Source: an uncultured cyanobacterium (GTDB lineage Bacteria > Cyanobacteriota > Cyanobacteriia > Cyanobacteriales > CAWCAG01). Taken from it: a DNA stretch of 64,000 bases. This document shows positions 20,817-30,448 of this stretch, piece by piece. The stretch covers positions 64,001 through 128,000 of the forward strand of contig CAWDOD010000002.1 in assembly GCA_963803805.1 (NCBI GenBank), written 5' to 3'. Positions within the stretch are counted from its first letter, which is position 1; every line of letters starts with the position of its first letter. The notes beneath the pieces are model-generated. The model was given only the letters and a program-made list of their open reading frames with translations. It did no database searches and was not told the origin of the DNA. The position numbers and the translations under genes were made by a program.

Positions 20817-21092
20817 TTAAAGAGCGCCAGCATTAGTCAAGCCTAAAATCACACCTGCACCAATAATATGACCGAGACTTGTAGTTGCCAACAATTCAGG
20901 AATGCCAAAATTTGGCAAAAGCCCTGAAAGAACGGGAAAAGTTGGTCCTACGCCAGGCTTTTGAATCGCGAAGCGACCAATAGCAATAGCTAATAAATTG
21001 CAAATAATCATCACTAAGCCAATAACAGGACTCCACTCAGGGGTCGGGGGTACAGTAGATTGAACAGCAGCGATTAAAGTTTGAGTAATCAA
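20817..21092 (-). CDS. psaK: Photosystem I subunit PsaK
   Basis: WSP.IGLVMIICNLLAIAIGRFAIQ, ELLATTSLGHIIGAGVILGL. Confidence 0.93.
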   Translation of the reverse strand: MITQTLIAAVQSTVPPTPEWSPVIGLVMIICNLLAIAIGRFAIQKPGVGPTFPVLSGLLPNFGIPELLATTSLGHIIGAGVILGLTNAGAL

Positions 21093-21248
21093 CTTTTAGT
21101 CTCCTCTCCTAATAATGTTTAAGAAAATTTTTGTAAACAAGAAAAATTATAGGAATCTCTTGGGAAAGAATCTTAATTTGTTTGAAGATTTAACATTTAT
21201 GCCAATTTTTACGACTCAAAATAGCCAAAAGAATAAAATATCTTTACA

Positions 21249-21875
21249 ATGCGTGTCAAAATTTGCGGTATCACCAATTCCTATCAAGGTCAAAAAATTG
21301 CTCAGTTAGGAGCGACAGCATTAGGATTTATTTGTGTTCCTACCTCTGCAAGATATCTAGAACCTGAGCAAATAAAAGCTATTGTTGCAAAACTCCCCCT
21401 CAAGGTAGACAAGATTGGTGTTTTTGCCAATTCTAATCTGGAAGAAATTGTCACCATAGTAGAAAAAGCTGGTTTAACAGGTGTCCAACTTCACGGCAGT
21501 GAATCTCCTGAATTTTGCCAACAGTTACGCCTACTCCTAGGGAAAAGAGAAATTATTAAAGCTTTGCGTATAAAAAATCCTGAGTGTTTGACTCAGGAGT
21601 TAGATTATCTTAATTGTGTTGATACTTTACTTTTGGATGCTTACCATCCCCAAATGTTGGGAGGAACAGGTAAAACCCTCAACTGGGAATATTTAAACAA
21701 ATTTCGCCCTAGTTTACCTTGGTTTCTTGCAGGAGGATTAAATCCTCATAATATTTTGACTGCTTTAGCACAAGTTCAACCAAAGGGTATTGACCTTTCC
21801 AGTGGCGTAGAGCGATCGCCAGGAGATAAAGATTTAGCAAAAGTCGCCGCTTTATTTAACAAGTTAAATGGGTAA
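21249..21875 (+). CDS. trpF: Phosphoribosylanthranilate isomerase
   Basis: VKICGIT, VQLHGSE, GGTG, LAGGLNP, DLSSGVE. Confidence 0.95.
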   Translation: MRVKICGITNSYQGQKIAQLGATALGFICVPTSARYLEPEQIKAIVAKLPLKVDKIGVFANSNLEEIVTIVEKAGLTGVQLHGSESPEFCQQLRLLLGKREIIKALRIKNPECLTQELDYLNCVDTLLLDAYHPQMLGGTGKTLNWEYLNKFRPSLPWFLAGGLNPHNILTALAQVQPKGIDLSSGVERSPGDKDLAKVAALFNKLNG

Positions 21876-21878
21876 ATT

Positions 21879-22610
21879 TTAGAAAAAGTTTGGTTGATGG
21901 CGAATTAAGTTAAGAAACTCTTCGCGGGTTTTGAGGTCTTCTTGAAAAGTGCCAACCATAGCACTGGTCACAGTCCAAGAACCTGGTTTTTGTACTCCGC
22001 GCATGGCCATACACATATGAGTTGCTTCCATGACTACAGCAACCCCTTGAGGCTCTAAAACTTCCTGAATAGCTTCAGCAATTTGGCGAGTCAGGCGTTC
22101 TTGTACCTGTAGTCTTCTAGCGTACATTTCCACAATACGAGCTAGCTTACTCAAACCTACTACTTTTTGATTTGGTATATAGGCAACGTGGGCCCTGCCC
22201 ATAAAAGGCAGCATATGATGCTCACAGAGACTAAAAAAGTTTATGTCTCGTACTAACACCATTTCGTTGTGGCCTTCATCAAAAATAGCGCCATTAACTA
22301 TTTTTTCTAAGGATTGGTTATAACCTTGAGTTAAGAACTGCATAGCCTCAGCAACTCTTTTCGGAGTTTTCAGGAGTCCTTCCCGTTCTGGATCTTCACC
22401 TACACTTTGTAGCATGGTTTTTACAGCGTCCATCATTGCGGCTTTGCTTGGTTCAGATTCAGCCTCAATATAAGCTTCACCACTGCTGTGGCTACTGCGG
22501 TCGGGTCTAGTAGCAACGCGACCTCCTTTAGTAGAGTTTAGATTATTTTTGCCTTCGAGCTTTGAGCCAGAATGAAGTCCGTTGGAACCGTTGGAAGAAG
22601 CTATTGTCAT
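21879..22610 (-). CDS. folE: GTP cyclohydrolase I
   Basis: [47 protein letters not shown] 22610 (MTIASSNG) preferred over the ORF-track start. Confidence 0.95.
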   Translation of the reverse strand: MTIASSNGSNGLHSGSKLEGKNNLNSTKGGRVATRPDRSSHSSGEAYIEAESEPSKAAMMDAVKTMLQSVGEDPEREGLLKTPKRVAEAMQFLTQGYNQSLEKIVNGAIFDEGHNEMVLVRDINFFSLCEHHMLPFMGRAHVAYIPNQKVVGLSKLARIVEMYARRLQVQERLTRQIAEAIQEVLEPQGVAVVMEATHMCMAMRGVQKPGSWTVTSAMVGTFQEDLKTREEFLNLIRHQPNFF

Positions 22611-23044
22611 GATTGATGAATGAAGTGAATTTATTACCTCTTGATTTTGGTGTTTGGAGCCATACTGTCCTTGAAAATCAAGCTCAGTATTGAGACTGCA
22701 CACCAAACTCCCTCCCCTATAACCATTTGTTTAAATAGAGGAGTAGTTGAATAACAGCTTTAAGAATCTAAAAGTGCTAAGCGAGATAATTCGCTGGCAA
22801 CTTTTTATATCTTTGGTTTTGAAGTAGTAGATGCTGCTGACTCAACTTTTCTACTGTTGAGCCAGACAATCAGGAAAACTATGCTCCTTGGGCTATGCTT
22901 TTCCAGCAGTTGTGAAAGCAAAAAAATTCGCTATCGGAAGAACACCAGCAAGATTGATTGCCAAATCACCCTTTTATGAGAGCAATGTTATAAAAGTTTA
23001 CGTTGTTATTATATCACTTCGATCATAACTAAATAGAGGGATTT

Positions 23045-24025
23045 TTAGGCAGATAGTTCATCAAAAACACCAATATTGCGGAATTTCTGGTAGCGCAATT
23101 CTTTTCTTTGTTGAGGGGGTATAACCTCTAGTTCTTCCAGGGTTTCTTTAAGGGCCTCTGCTAAAATCATAGCAGCCCCTAAAGGATCGGCATGGCAACC
23201 CTTAACTGGTTCGGGAAGGAGGCGATCAATAATACCTAGCTGTTTCAAATCCCAGGAAGTAATTTTCAAAGCAGCAGCAGCTTGGTCTGATTTAGCCGCA
23301 TCTCGCCACAAAATTGCAGCACAAGCTTCGGGAGGAGCAACGCTATAAACAGCGTGTTCAAACATTAAGATGCGATCACCGACACCAATACCTAAAGCTC
23401 CTCCTGAACCTCCTTCCCCAATAACGGTGGAAATAATCGGCACATCAAAACTAAACATCTGGCGCAGATTATAGGCGATCGCTTCTCCTTGGCCTAGTTT
23501 TTCTGCTTCTACCCCTGCCCAAGCTGCGGGGGTATCAATTAAGGTGATAATAGGCATACCGAAGCGATTGGCGTGTTCCATCAAGCGCATAGCTTTACGA
23601 TAGCCTCCAGGGGAAGCCATGCCAAAGTTACGGGCTACATTATCTTTGGTATCCCGACCTTTTTGGTGTCCTAACATCACCACAGGTTTACCATCTAAAC
23701 GGGCAATGCCGCCCACAATTGCTGGATCATCGCTACCACCGCGATCGCCGTGGAGTTCAAACCATTCTTCGCTCATGGCTTGAATAAAATCTAAAGTGCT
23801 GGGTCTTCTGGGGTGGCGTGCTAGTTGAAGACGCTGAGTGGGAGTTAAAGTGCTATAAATCTCCTTACGCAGTTGTACGGCTTTAGCTTCCAACTGAGTT
23901 ATTTTCTCAGCCACATCAACGTTGTTTTCTGTAGCTAGGGCGCGAATTTGCTCAATACGCCCTTCTAATTCACAAAGAGGTTTTTCAAAATCAAGGAGAA
24001 AGGGGCGGCGTTCGGGAGTGGACAT
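23045..24025 (-). CDS. accA: Acetyl-CoA carboxylase carboxyltransferase alpha
   Basis: [30 protein letters not shown]. Confidence 0.96.
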   Translation of the reverse strand: MSTPERRPFLLDFEKPLCELEGRIEQIRALATENNVDVAEKITQLEAKAVQLRKEIYSTLTPTQRLQLARHPRRPSTLDFIQAMSEEWFELHGDRGGSDDPAIVGGIARLDGKPVVMLGHQKGRDTKDNVARNFGMASPGGYRKAMRLMEHANRFGMPIITLIDTPAAWAGVEAEKLGQGEAIAYNLRQMFSFDVPIISTVIGEGGSGGALGIGVGDRILMFEHAVYSVAPPEACAAILWRDAAKSDQAAAALKITSWDLKQLGIIDRLLPEPVKGCHADPLGAAMILAEALKETLEELEVIPPQQRKELRYQKFRNIGVFDELSA

Positions 24026-24081
24026 CAGCTATCAGTTATCAATAATCAGTTATCAGTTATTAATTTAGGGCTTATCTGCAC

Positions 24082-25113
24082 TTATTGGGAGGCAAACTCT
24101 AGCAGAGGTTGAAAACCGTGCTTTACTGATACTTGACCGATTTTTGCCATTTTTGAGGCATTAATTTGATTTCTGCCCCAAGAGAAGTTGGTATGCCACT
24201 TTTCAAATTCTAGAAGCATGGATTCTGCAAAACAGGCGAACATTTGACGACTGGGAACATCCATACTGACAATTTCCATGATTTTCCAATCAATATCCAG
24301 TGAATGTTCGACAATACCTCCATTCAGTACATGAATATCTGGATGTTGAATTTTAGTTCCTAGATTTTTAGGATAGCCGCCGTCAATGATTAAACAAGGC
24401 TTTTTTAAAGTTTCGGCGGAAATTTCCACCCCTTGGGGCATACTTGCTACCCAAACGATTATATCTGCTAAAGGTAAGGCTTCTTCTAGTCCGAGAATTT
24501 TGCCCCTACCTAATTCATTTTGCAGGGCTTTTAAAGGTTCCTGTTTACGGGCAATGAGTAGTAAATCTTCTACGTCAGTACAGCTATTTAACCAGCGACA
24601 GACACCGCTACCGATATCCCCTGTTGCCCCGCAAACAGCTACGGTTGCTTTGGCAAGGTCAATACCTAATTTAGCGCTAGCTTGCTCAACTTGGCGACAG
24701 ATAATGTAGGCTGTGTGGGTATTACCAGTAGTAAAGCGCTCAAACTCTAACTCGACATTTCGCACCTGTTTATTTTGTTTGAGGTTGAAATTCTCAAAAA
24801 CAATTGAAGAAAAGCCCCCTAAAGCTGTGATATCTAAACCGTTTTTCTGGGCATGGGCCATGGAATTAAGGATTTTACGAATGGCGGCTTTGATGCGGCG
24901 ATTAGTAAGCATTTCTGGCAAGAAACAGGATTCTACATACCTGCCTTCAATTTGCTGCCCAGTAATGCTAGTGACTTTGATGTCGTCAACAATTTGGGGC
25001 GGTGCTGAACACCAAAAATCTAGCCCTTGATTAGCATATTCTGGATATCCTAATCTTTCTGCTACTGCTTGTGCGTGTTCTAAACTGGTAAGGTGACCGA
25101 TAAGACCAAACAT
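24082..25113 (-). CDS. aar: Long-chain acyl-ACP reductase
   Basis: [47 protein letters not shown]. Confidence 0.96.
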   Translation of the reverse strand: MFGLIGHLTSLEHAQAVAERLGYPEYANQGLDFWCSAPPQIVDDIKVTSITGQQIEGRYVESCFLPEMLTNRRIKAAIRKILNSMAHAQKNGLDITALGGFSSIVFENFNLKQNKQVRNVELEFERFTTGNTHTAYIICRQVEQASAKLGIDLAKATVAVCGATGDIGSGVCRWLNSCTDVEDLLLIARKQEPLKALQNELGRGKILGLEEALPLADIIVWVASMPQGVEISAETLKKPCLIIDGGYPKNLGTKIQHPDIHVLNGGIVEHSLDIDWKIMEIVSMDVPSRQMFACFAESMLLEFEKWHTNFSWGRNQINASKMAKIGQVSVKHGFQPLLEFASQ

Positions 25114-25405
25114 TTATTGCTCGTTTTTAAATTTTGAATTGAATTTGAAATAGAGTTTTGTTAAACGGATAATTTGACAAAAAAGCGCCACTCTTAAAAG
25201 AGCAGCTAAAGAAACAATCTGAATACTTGCAAACAATTGAGGTCTGGTAGAGCATTAAGACAAAGCTGCTGCTACAGAACTTTCTAGAGAGCAGCAGCTA
25301 TTTGGTATCACTCCGACAGTAATAATTCTCCAAAGAAATATAATTGTCTGGAGTCCAGCAATTTTCACCAATTCGTCTTTGCTAGACAAGATAATTAAAT
25401 TGCCT

Positions 25406-26104
25406 CTAAGCTGCACCAGCTAAACCATAAGCTGACATACCCATGATTTCTCCGGTGGTGAAACCAATGTTGCTCAGGGCTTCCCCATAGCTAATCATGA
25501 AGTCTTCTACTAAAGCTTCTTTTTCCATACCTAAGATGTGAGCATCTTTCTCCACTTGGTTAAGCATTTTCCACACCAAAGGAAGATTTTGGCGATTTGC
25601 TGCTTGTAATTCGGCTTTTGCTTCGGCAAAATGCGCTTTTAACCAAACTTCGCCGAAGTTAAGATGGGTATATTCATCTTTGACCACTCCTTCAGTAATT
25701 TTTCGAGCAAAGGGGTCAGCTACGGGAATATAAATGTTGTAAGCAGCGATCGCAAAGCTTTCAATAATTAAAGCTTGAATGAGCAAGCAAGTAACTATTT
25801 TTCCTTCTGCCAGTGCAGTTTGGAAGTTGCCGTGTAGCCCGGAAAAGTATTCTTTGGCAAATTCCATATCTGGTGTCACATTCAGATTCTTACCGCAAGC
25901 TTGGAATCCTTTTTTGTGACGATTTTCCATTTTAGAAAGACGAATCAACTCATCCTGATTGTCTGGCATAACCTGGGAAAGCTGGAGGTAATTTCCGTAT
26001 GCCTCTTCTTCTCCTTCAATCACAATGGCATTAATGCGGCTATAGGCATCTTTGTAAGCTTCACTTTTAAAATCAAATTCTGCCTTAACTGCCAGTTCTT
26101 GCAT
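25406..26104 (-). CDS. ado: Aldehyde-deformylating oxygenase
   Basis: [30 protein letters not shown] di-iron motifs. Confidence 0.96.
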   Translation of the reverse strand: MQELAVKAEFDFKSEAYKDAYSRINAIVIEGEEEAYGNYLQLSQVMPDNQDELIRLSKMENRHKKGFQACGKNLNVTPDMEFAKEYFSGLHGNFQTALAEGKIVTCLLIQALIIESFAIAAYNIYIPVADPFARKITEGVVKDEYTHLNFGEVWLKAHFAEAKAELQAANRQNLPLVWKMLNQVEKDAHILGMEKEALVEDFMISYGEALSNIGFTTGEIMGMSAYGLAGAA

Positions 26105-26170
26105 GGGTTGTTTGTCTCCTGTCTTTTGACCACAACCCTATGTTATCTGTTGCTTCCAATTAAGGCTATT

Positions 26171-26743
26171 TCATTCTAATTTTGCTTCTTTTTGCTTGCT
26201 AATCACATCTAAGGCGAAACCTACACCTTGGGAAGCTAAGGTTTTGACAACTTCTGGTAAATCCCTGAATTCGTAGGGTCTAGAATCATGAGGTTCTTGC
26301 TCTAAGATTAAACCCCTTTTGCGCAAATATGCTCTGACTATGGTTACTGCTTGGTCAGTTTGCAGTTTGCCATCATCATTAATAATTTCTTCTGCCAAAG
26401 GACAAATACTAAAAAATCTGGCTAAACATTGGGAATAGGTTTTCGGATCAAGGCGCATCAAGACGCGACGAATGGTGCTGTAGGAAGGCAATGTCTCTTT
26501 GTCTAAACCTAATAATTCGATTAAGTCGCTGCTGTAAATATCTATCCAGTCCCCAACAGCTAAAACTCCTCGATTCCCAGCAGCGATCGCCAGGGTAAAC
26601 AAAGCAAGACAAAGAGATTGACTGTGGCGCTGTCCAGCTTTCCGGCGGGAGTCAGGTAGGTTGGAAAATGCTTCAATAATTGCTGCCTGGTTCATCAGAA
26701 TTTCCCTACAAGATTCGACATACATAGAATTTACTTCTACCAT
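26171..26743 (-). CDS. ISAs1-family transposase-derived protein, C-terminally truncated (start may be 26695)
   Basis: LPDSRRKAGQRH, PSYSTIRRVL..LD, DDGK, AY....GLIL.Q, ALDV...QK follow the order of ISAs1 N-terminal motifs; no IS ends recognised. Confidence 0.7.
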   Translation of the reverse strand: MVEVNSMYVESCREILMNQAAIIEAFSNLPDSRRKAGQRHSQSLCLALFTLAIAAGNRGVLAVGDWIDIYSSDLIELLGLDKETLPSYSTIRRVLMRLDPKTYSQCLARFFSICPLAEEIINDDGKLQTDQAVTIVRAYLRKRGLILEQEPHDSRPYEFRDLPEVVKTLASQGVGFALDVISKQKEAKLE

Positions 26744-26934
26744 TTGATCGCTTTTGCCCTTTGGTTTAGATAAGCAACTAGTTCTCTTCTTTCAAGAACT
26801 TGATTATGGGGCTTTTGAGTTGATTTAGCTATGGTTTTGTGGTGGATGAAAATAGCTCATTAACTAAGCTTTGCTAATAAATTTAAAGTCTAATTGCCTC
26901 AGATAATGATCTTTGTTATTTGTTATCAGTTTCT

Positions 26935-27507
26935 CTAATCAGGAAGAGCAAACCCTGTACGAGGATCGCGAATATATAAACCGAGAACTAAAGAGTTTAT
27001 TACTGTATCCCAGACAGGAATTAGCTTCTTGGCTTCGTCAGCCCAGTAGTCAAAGGTGATCAAACACTGAACTCCAGAGCCTAAGCCAATGCAGATTCGT
27101 GAGTAGGCTTCACGATCTTCTTGAGGATCAATAAATTTAATTTGAGTCCAGACAACACGGGCTGTTTGGCGCTTTAGTTGAACAATTTTTCCTCGTTCAA
27201 TAACATTTCGTTCTTCATCCTTAATAACTTTTCTTAACAGAGGAACTAAGGGAAATTCCTGCCAGTTACCGGGAGGCAAAAGGTTGAAAGAAGCTTCTAA
27301 ACGACAGTTATCATCAGGGGGCTTACCATCCAAAAATCGAAATGATTTTTCATCAGGTTCAAAATGCCAATCGTGGGGAACATCGAAGCGTAATGCTCCC
27401 CTTCCCGCCACAAAAATTCGATTTCCTGGTTGTGATTGCCAGCGATGGTTTTCTTCTAATTCCAGGGTTTCTTTAATCCACCGACTTTTTTTCTTACGTT
27501 TAGACAC
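26935..27507 (-). CDS. Hypothetical protein, possibly PsbP/DcrB-like fold
   Basis: 190-aa ORF; FDVPHDW near the N-terminus and WDTVINSLVL near the C-terminus; fold is an inference. Confidence 0.7.
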   Translation of the reverse strand: MSKRKKKSRWIKETLELEENHRWQSQPGNRIFVAGRGALRFDVPHDWHFEPDEKSFRFLDGKPPDDNCRLEASFNLLPPGNWQEFPLVPLLRKVIKDEERNVIERGKIVQLKRQTARVVWTQIKFIDPQEDREAYSRICIGLGSGVQCLITFDYWADEAKKLIPVWDTVINSLVLGLYIRDPRTGFALPD

Positions 27508-27685
27508 GGCTGTCCTAATTTTGACCTACTTTCATTTATTTTAAGGCTTACTCAGGAAAAAACAGGAATATAGATAATACGGAGGCGATAATTTTTTTTA
27601 GTTTCATTGACTAAGTTGAGTTTTGCTAGTTAACCAAGTTAAACTCTGTACTTAGTAAATAAGCGTTAGGCATCAAGCTCAATTG

Positions 27686-27862
27686 ATGAAAAAGTCCCAC
27701 TTCAATATTGATAAAGTTCAAGAACCGATTACTCAAGCACCTCCTAAGATTAGAAACTTAATTGAGGGAGTTTTAGCTTTAGAAAAAGAGCGGCTCCACC
27801 AAAAAGCACCGCGCAATATTAATGAAGAGGTTCTGAAAATAATTAAAGACATTGTGCAATGA
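27686..27862 (+). CDS. 58-aa small protein, not in the ORF track
   Basis: MKKSHFNIDKVQEPITQAPPKIRNLIEGVLALEKERLHQKAPRNINEEVLKIIKDIVQ; TGA overlaps the next ATG (ATGA 27859-27862). Confidence 0.8.
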   Translation: MKKSHFNIDKVQEPITQAPPKIRNLIEGVLALEKERLHQKAPRNINEEVLKIIKDIVQ

Positions 27863-29922
27863 TACTAACATCAATTAGGTTGTGTAATTTTCGCCAATTC
27901 TATGGCAAAACTCCAGAAATACAACTTTCTGTGGGTAAGCATAACACTAGTGTCTTTCACGGTAATAATGGCTCAGGCAAGACTACTTTACTTAATGCTT
28001 TTACTTGGGCTTTATATGAACAATTTACTGCTGCTTTTGCTTCTCCGCAACAGTTAGTTAATAAAAGAGCAATTACTGAAACTGAATTTGGTCGTTCTGT
28101 AGATTGTTGGGTAGAAGTAATGTTTGAACATGAACATAAGCGCTATCAAGTGAAACGCCAATGTTATGCCCATAATACTGGAGAAAGAATCAATTACAGC
28201 CCTACAAAATGTTTTATGCAAATAGCTGGGGATGATGGGCGTTGGTATCCGCCCTTAGAGCAGCCAGAAGATGTTATTGGGAGAATTTTGCCAGTAAGTT
28301 TACATCGCTATTTTTTCTTTGATGGAGAACGCATTGATCGCTTCTTTCGTCAGGATGGTAAAAGTAGTGTTGCAGAGGACACGAAGGAGTTGATTGGGGT
28401 TAAGGTATTAGATCGGGCTATTGAGCATTTAAAAAAAGCAAAACGCAAACTACAAGAAGAGTTACAATCTGTTGGCAATTTAGAAATAAAGCAGCTTTTA
28501 CAAGCAAAAAGTAAGTTAGAAAACCAAAGTGATGACCTCGAACTTAGGCAAAGAGAAATAGATGCTCAATTAGCTCAGCAAGAAAAGTTTAAACGAACCA
28601 TTGGTAAGCAGCTTTTGGCATTAAGTGGTGCAGTGGAATTGCAGAACCAGCGAGAACAATTAGAGGAAAGAGAAAAGTCTTTGCGTAATCTTTTAGTAGA
28701 GGAGCAAGAAACTTTGAAAAAAATCTTTTCTACTAATGGTTATACTGTTTTATTAGACCAACTATTAATTCAATCACGCTCTATAGTTGGCGAAATGCGA
28801 CTCAACGGAGAGTTGCCTACAGGGATTAAAAAACAATTTGTCGAGGAATTATTAAAGCAAAACCGTTGTATTTGTGGTGGGGAACTTTTAAAAGGAAGTG
28901 AGACTCGTAGAGCAGTAAAAGCTTGGCTGGATAAAGCGGGGGTTGCTGATCTAGAAGAAGCCGCTATTCGCTTAGAAACCCAAGCAGGAGAAATGGAACA
29001 GAAAATTCCACGGTTTTGGCAAGAAGTTGATTCACAGCAATCTAATATTGAGCAAGCTAGGGCAGAATTAGGAGATATTGATGAGCAATTGTACGCTATT
29101 GGTAAAAAATTAAGAAGTTATCCTGATCAAGATATTCAAAAGTTGCAAAACCATTTGGAAGTAACAGAAAAGCTCATTGAACAACTAACTTTAGAAAAAG
29201 GAGGTAATCAACAAATATTAGTTAGCTTAAATAAAGAAAATGAAGTCAAGCAAAAGCAAATAGCCAAGCAAAAACTTAAAGAAGCAAAGCAAGTTATCGC
29301 TCAACGTAGAATTACAGCTACTCAAGAAGCAATAGAAAGGATTGTGGCAGTTAAAAAGCTCTTAGAAAAGCAATTTCGTCGTTCTTTAGAACAAAGAGTT
29401 CAAGAAATTTTTGATTCCATTTCTTTTACCCCTTACACACCTAGATTGAGCGCTGATTATGAATTGTCCTTAATAGAAAACACCTCTGGCAAAGCAATTC
29501 GAGTTGCTGCTTCTACAGGAGAAAATCAGATTCTTAGTCTTTCTTTTATTGGCGGCATTATTGATAGAGTCCGGGAATGGAGTTATCAAAATACTCTTAT
29601 GGGACCAGATAGTAGTACCTTTCCTATTGTCATGGATTCACCTTTTGGTAGTTTGGATCAAATTTACCGTCGCCAAGTAGCCACTTCTATTCCTAAACTA
29701 GCTAATCAACTCATAGTTTTGGTAACTAAAACTCAATGGCGAGGAGAAGTAGCAGAGGAAATGGAGAATTATATTGGCCAAGAATATGTCTTAGTTTATA
29801 ACTCCCCAAAATTAGATTGCCAAGAAGATCAAATAGAAATTGTTGGACAAACTTATCCTCTGGTAAAACGTAGTAACAATGGCTTTGAGTATACAGAAAT
29901 TATTCCCGTAGAACGGAATTAG
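27859..29922 (+). CDS. Rad50/SbcC/DndD-like coiled-coil ABC ATPase with CxC hook
   Basis: NFRQFYG, Walker A GNNGSGKTT, FFFDGE, coiled coils around RCICG, signature ASTGE, Walker B/D-loop IVMDSPFGSLD. Confidence 0.88.
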   Translation: MILTSIRLCNFRQFYGKTPEIQLSVGKHNTSVFHGNNGSGKTTLLNAFTWALYEQFTAAFASPQQLVNKRAITETEFGRSVDCWVEVMFEHEHKRYQVKRQCYAHNTGERINYSPTKCFMQIAGDDGRWYPPLEQPEDVIGRILPVSLHRYFFFDGERIDRFFRQDGKSSVAEDTKELIGVKVLDRAIEHLKKAKRKLQEELQSVGNLEIKQLLQAKSKLENQSDDLELRQREIDAQLAQQEKFKRTIGKQLLALSGAVELQNQREQLEEREKSLRNLLVEEQETLKKIFSTNGYTVLLDQLLIQSRSIVGEMRLNGELPTGIKKQFVEELLKQNRCICGGELLKGSETRRAVKAWLDKAGVADLEEAAIRLETQAGEMEQKIPRFWQEVDSQQSNIEQARAELGDIDEQLYAIGKKLRSYPDQDIQKLQNHLEVTEKLIEQLTLEKGGNQQILVSLNKENEVKQKQIAKQKLKEAKQVIAQRRITATQEAIERIVAVKKLLEKQFRRSLEQRVQEIFDSISFTPYTPRLSADYELSLIENTSGKAIRVAASTGENQILSLSFIGGIIDRVREWSYQNTLMGPDSSTFPIVMDSPFGSLDQIYRRQVATSIPKLANQLIVLVTKTQWRGEVAEEMENYIGQEYVLVYNSPKLDCQEDQIEIVGQTYPLVKRSNNGFEYTEIIPVERN

Positions 29923-30202
29923 TTACTTCTCTAGAGCGATAATTATTACTTCTTCTGCTAGGACGTTCCCTAGCTTTGTTAACTCTTAATTCTCGGTTTA
30001 TCCATTCAGCACCATCTAATGCTTCTATAGCTGCTGATTCTTCTTCTTCTGAAGCAGAATCAACAAAACCAAAACCTCGCATACGGCCAGTTTCTCGGTC
30101 AGTTGGGATTGCGACTCGCTTCACGCTGCCGTAATCAGAAAAGATATATTTAACATCTTCTTCTGTTACGCTGTAGGGTAAGTTACCGATGTAAATTGAC
30201 AT
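29900..30202 (-). CDS. RRM RNA-binding protein (cyanobacterial Rbp family)
   Basis: RNP2 IYIGNL, RNP1 RGFGFV, DGAEW..RELRVNKA. Confidence 0.92.
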   Translation of the reverse strand: MSIYIGNLPYSVTEEDVKYIFSDYGSVKRVAIPTDRETGRMRGFGFVDSASEEEESAAIEALDGAEWINRELRVNKARERPSRRSNNYRSREVTNSVLRE

Positions 30203-30448
30203 GAATTCTTTACAAGCAATCGAGCGAAAGGGACAAAGATTATTTCTCAGTTAGGAGTTTGAAGTATTAATTTAATTACTAATACTTGTAATTGCCTAAT
30301 CTTTATGTAATTTAACACGAATATAAATTCCAGGAAACTACTTAGTAAGAAGTCAAGCCATTGTGCTGAATTTTTACGACAAATGTAGTAAGTAGTATGT
30401 AATCTATCTTACTAAAATGAACTAATTTTTTTGAGCCATATAGTATTA

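Noticed and set aside
22611-22706. ORF-track N-terminal extension of FolE
   Set aside because: MTIASSNG looks like the usual cyanobacterial start, and the extension overlaps the structured leader
22890-22965. Possible SDR remnant or 23-aa peptide (LAINLAGVLPIANFFAFTTAGKA) in the accA-folE gap
   Set aside because: Similarity to an SDR N-terminus is too weak to support
27859-29922. Calling a complete dnd phosphorothioation, SbcCD or Lamassu system
   Set aside because: No dndB/C/E, sbcD or effector gene is present in the window
30399-30412. GTA-N8-TAC NtcA-like box before the SLH protein gene
   Set aside because: No -10 element at the expected spacing; the motif arises often by chance in AT-rich DNA
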